Shown: in pieces, positions 1 through 64,000 of the stretch
Layout of the letters: every line of letters begins with the position of its first letter
Numbering within the stretch: the first letter of the stretch is position 1
Assembly (NCBI GenBank): GCA_051362555.1
Contig: CM120642.1
Span: 20,956,001-21,020,000 of the forward strand
Source: Lingula anatina
Lineage: Eukaryota > Animalia > Brachiopoda
Direction: 5' to 3'
Length of the DNA: 64,000 bases
Translations under genes and position numbers: made by a program
The notes under the pieces: model-generated
Told to the model about the DNA's origin: nothing
Databases searched by the model: none
Seen by the model: the letters and a program-made list of their open reading frames with translations, nothing else

Positions 1-440
1 ACAACATCACACATGATACAGGTAATATATATAGTAGAATACAACATCACACATGATACAGGTAATATATATAGTAGAATACAACATCACACATGATACA
101 GGTAATATATATAGTAGAATACAACATCACACATGATACAGGTAAGATATAGTAGAATACAACATCACACATGATACAGGTAAGATATAGTAGAATACAA
201 CATCACACATGATACAGGTAAGATATAGTAGAATACAACATCACACATGATACAGGTAAGATATAGTAGAATACAACATCACACATGATACAGGTAAGAT
301 ATATAGTAGAATACAACATCACACATGATACAGGTAATATATAGTAGAATACAACATCACACATGATACAGGTAAGATATAGTAGAATACAACATCACAC
401 ATGATACAGGTAAGGTATAGTGGAATACAACATCACACAT
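1..440. repeat. Minisatellite, 38-40 bp unit ACAACATCACACATGATACAGGTAA(G/T)ATAT(AT)AGTAGAAT, ~11.4 copies, runs off window start
   Basis: Directly visible tandem copies. Confidence 0.97.
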
Positions 441-554
441 GTTACATTTTACACTCTTCATCCATCATTAGAGTATCATCAGCAAGTCACATATGGTAAT
501 ACAAATTTTACATTTGAAAAGCAAAAGTAAAATTACATGTGAGTTTTCTTCCAG

Positions 555-63941
<63,387 letters not shown>

Positions 63942-64000
63942 GTATACTAGAATTATCTGTCTGTCAAAACTTGGGACATCTTCTATATGTCATCCATTTC

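Noticed and set aside
1-440. Regular repeats here and at 16792-17215 as CRISPR-like arrays
   Set aside because: Head-to-tail units with no unique spacers, eukaryotic intron context, no cas genes.

Overview
Animal genomic DNA, AT-rich and intron-rich; probably a lophotrochozoan such as a mollusc (inferred from composition, repeats and protein divergence). The + strand carries an internal part of one neurobeachin/LRBA-family gene (NBEA; rugose/sel-2 orthologue). I traced 38 phase-consistent coding exons from 555 to 63941 (about 2005 codons), covering the ARM-like/DUF4704 region, an acidic linker with AKAP-type helices, DUF1088, PH, BEACH and the start of the post-BEACH region. Both gene ends lie outside the window. 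A 36.6-kb intron (19277-55883) splits the PH domain and holds an intronless mab-21 gene on the - strand (31217-32401), the known metazoan Mab21-in-Nbea/Lrba nested pair. Features these genes do not explain: (i) a sharply bounded ~16-kb CpG-retaining domain around mab-21 inside a CpG-depleted host gene; (ii) two unrelated minisatellites that appear seeded at NBEA exon-intron junctions and multiply the 5' splice site 10-11 times; (iii) a GC-AG intron; (iv) a candidate unannotated cassette exon within a run of symmetric phase-1 exons; (v) an upstream in-frame start extending Mab-21; (vi) several MITEs, including a 257-bp foldback palindrome and an inverted pair of TTAA elements 49 kb apart. Most short ORFs in the supplied track are artefacts.
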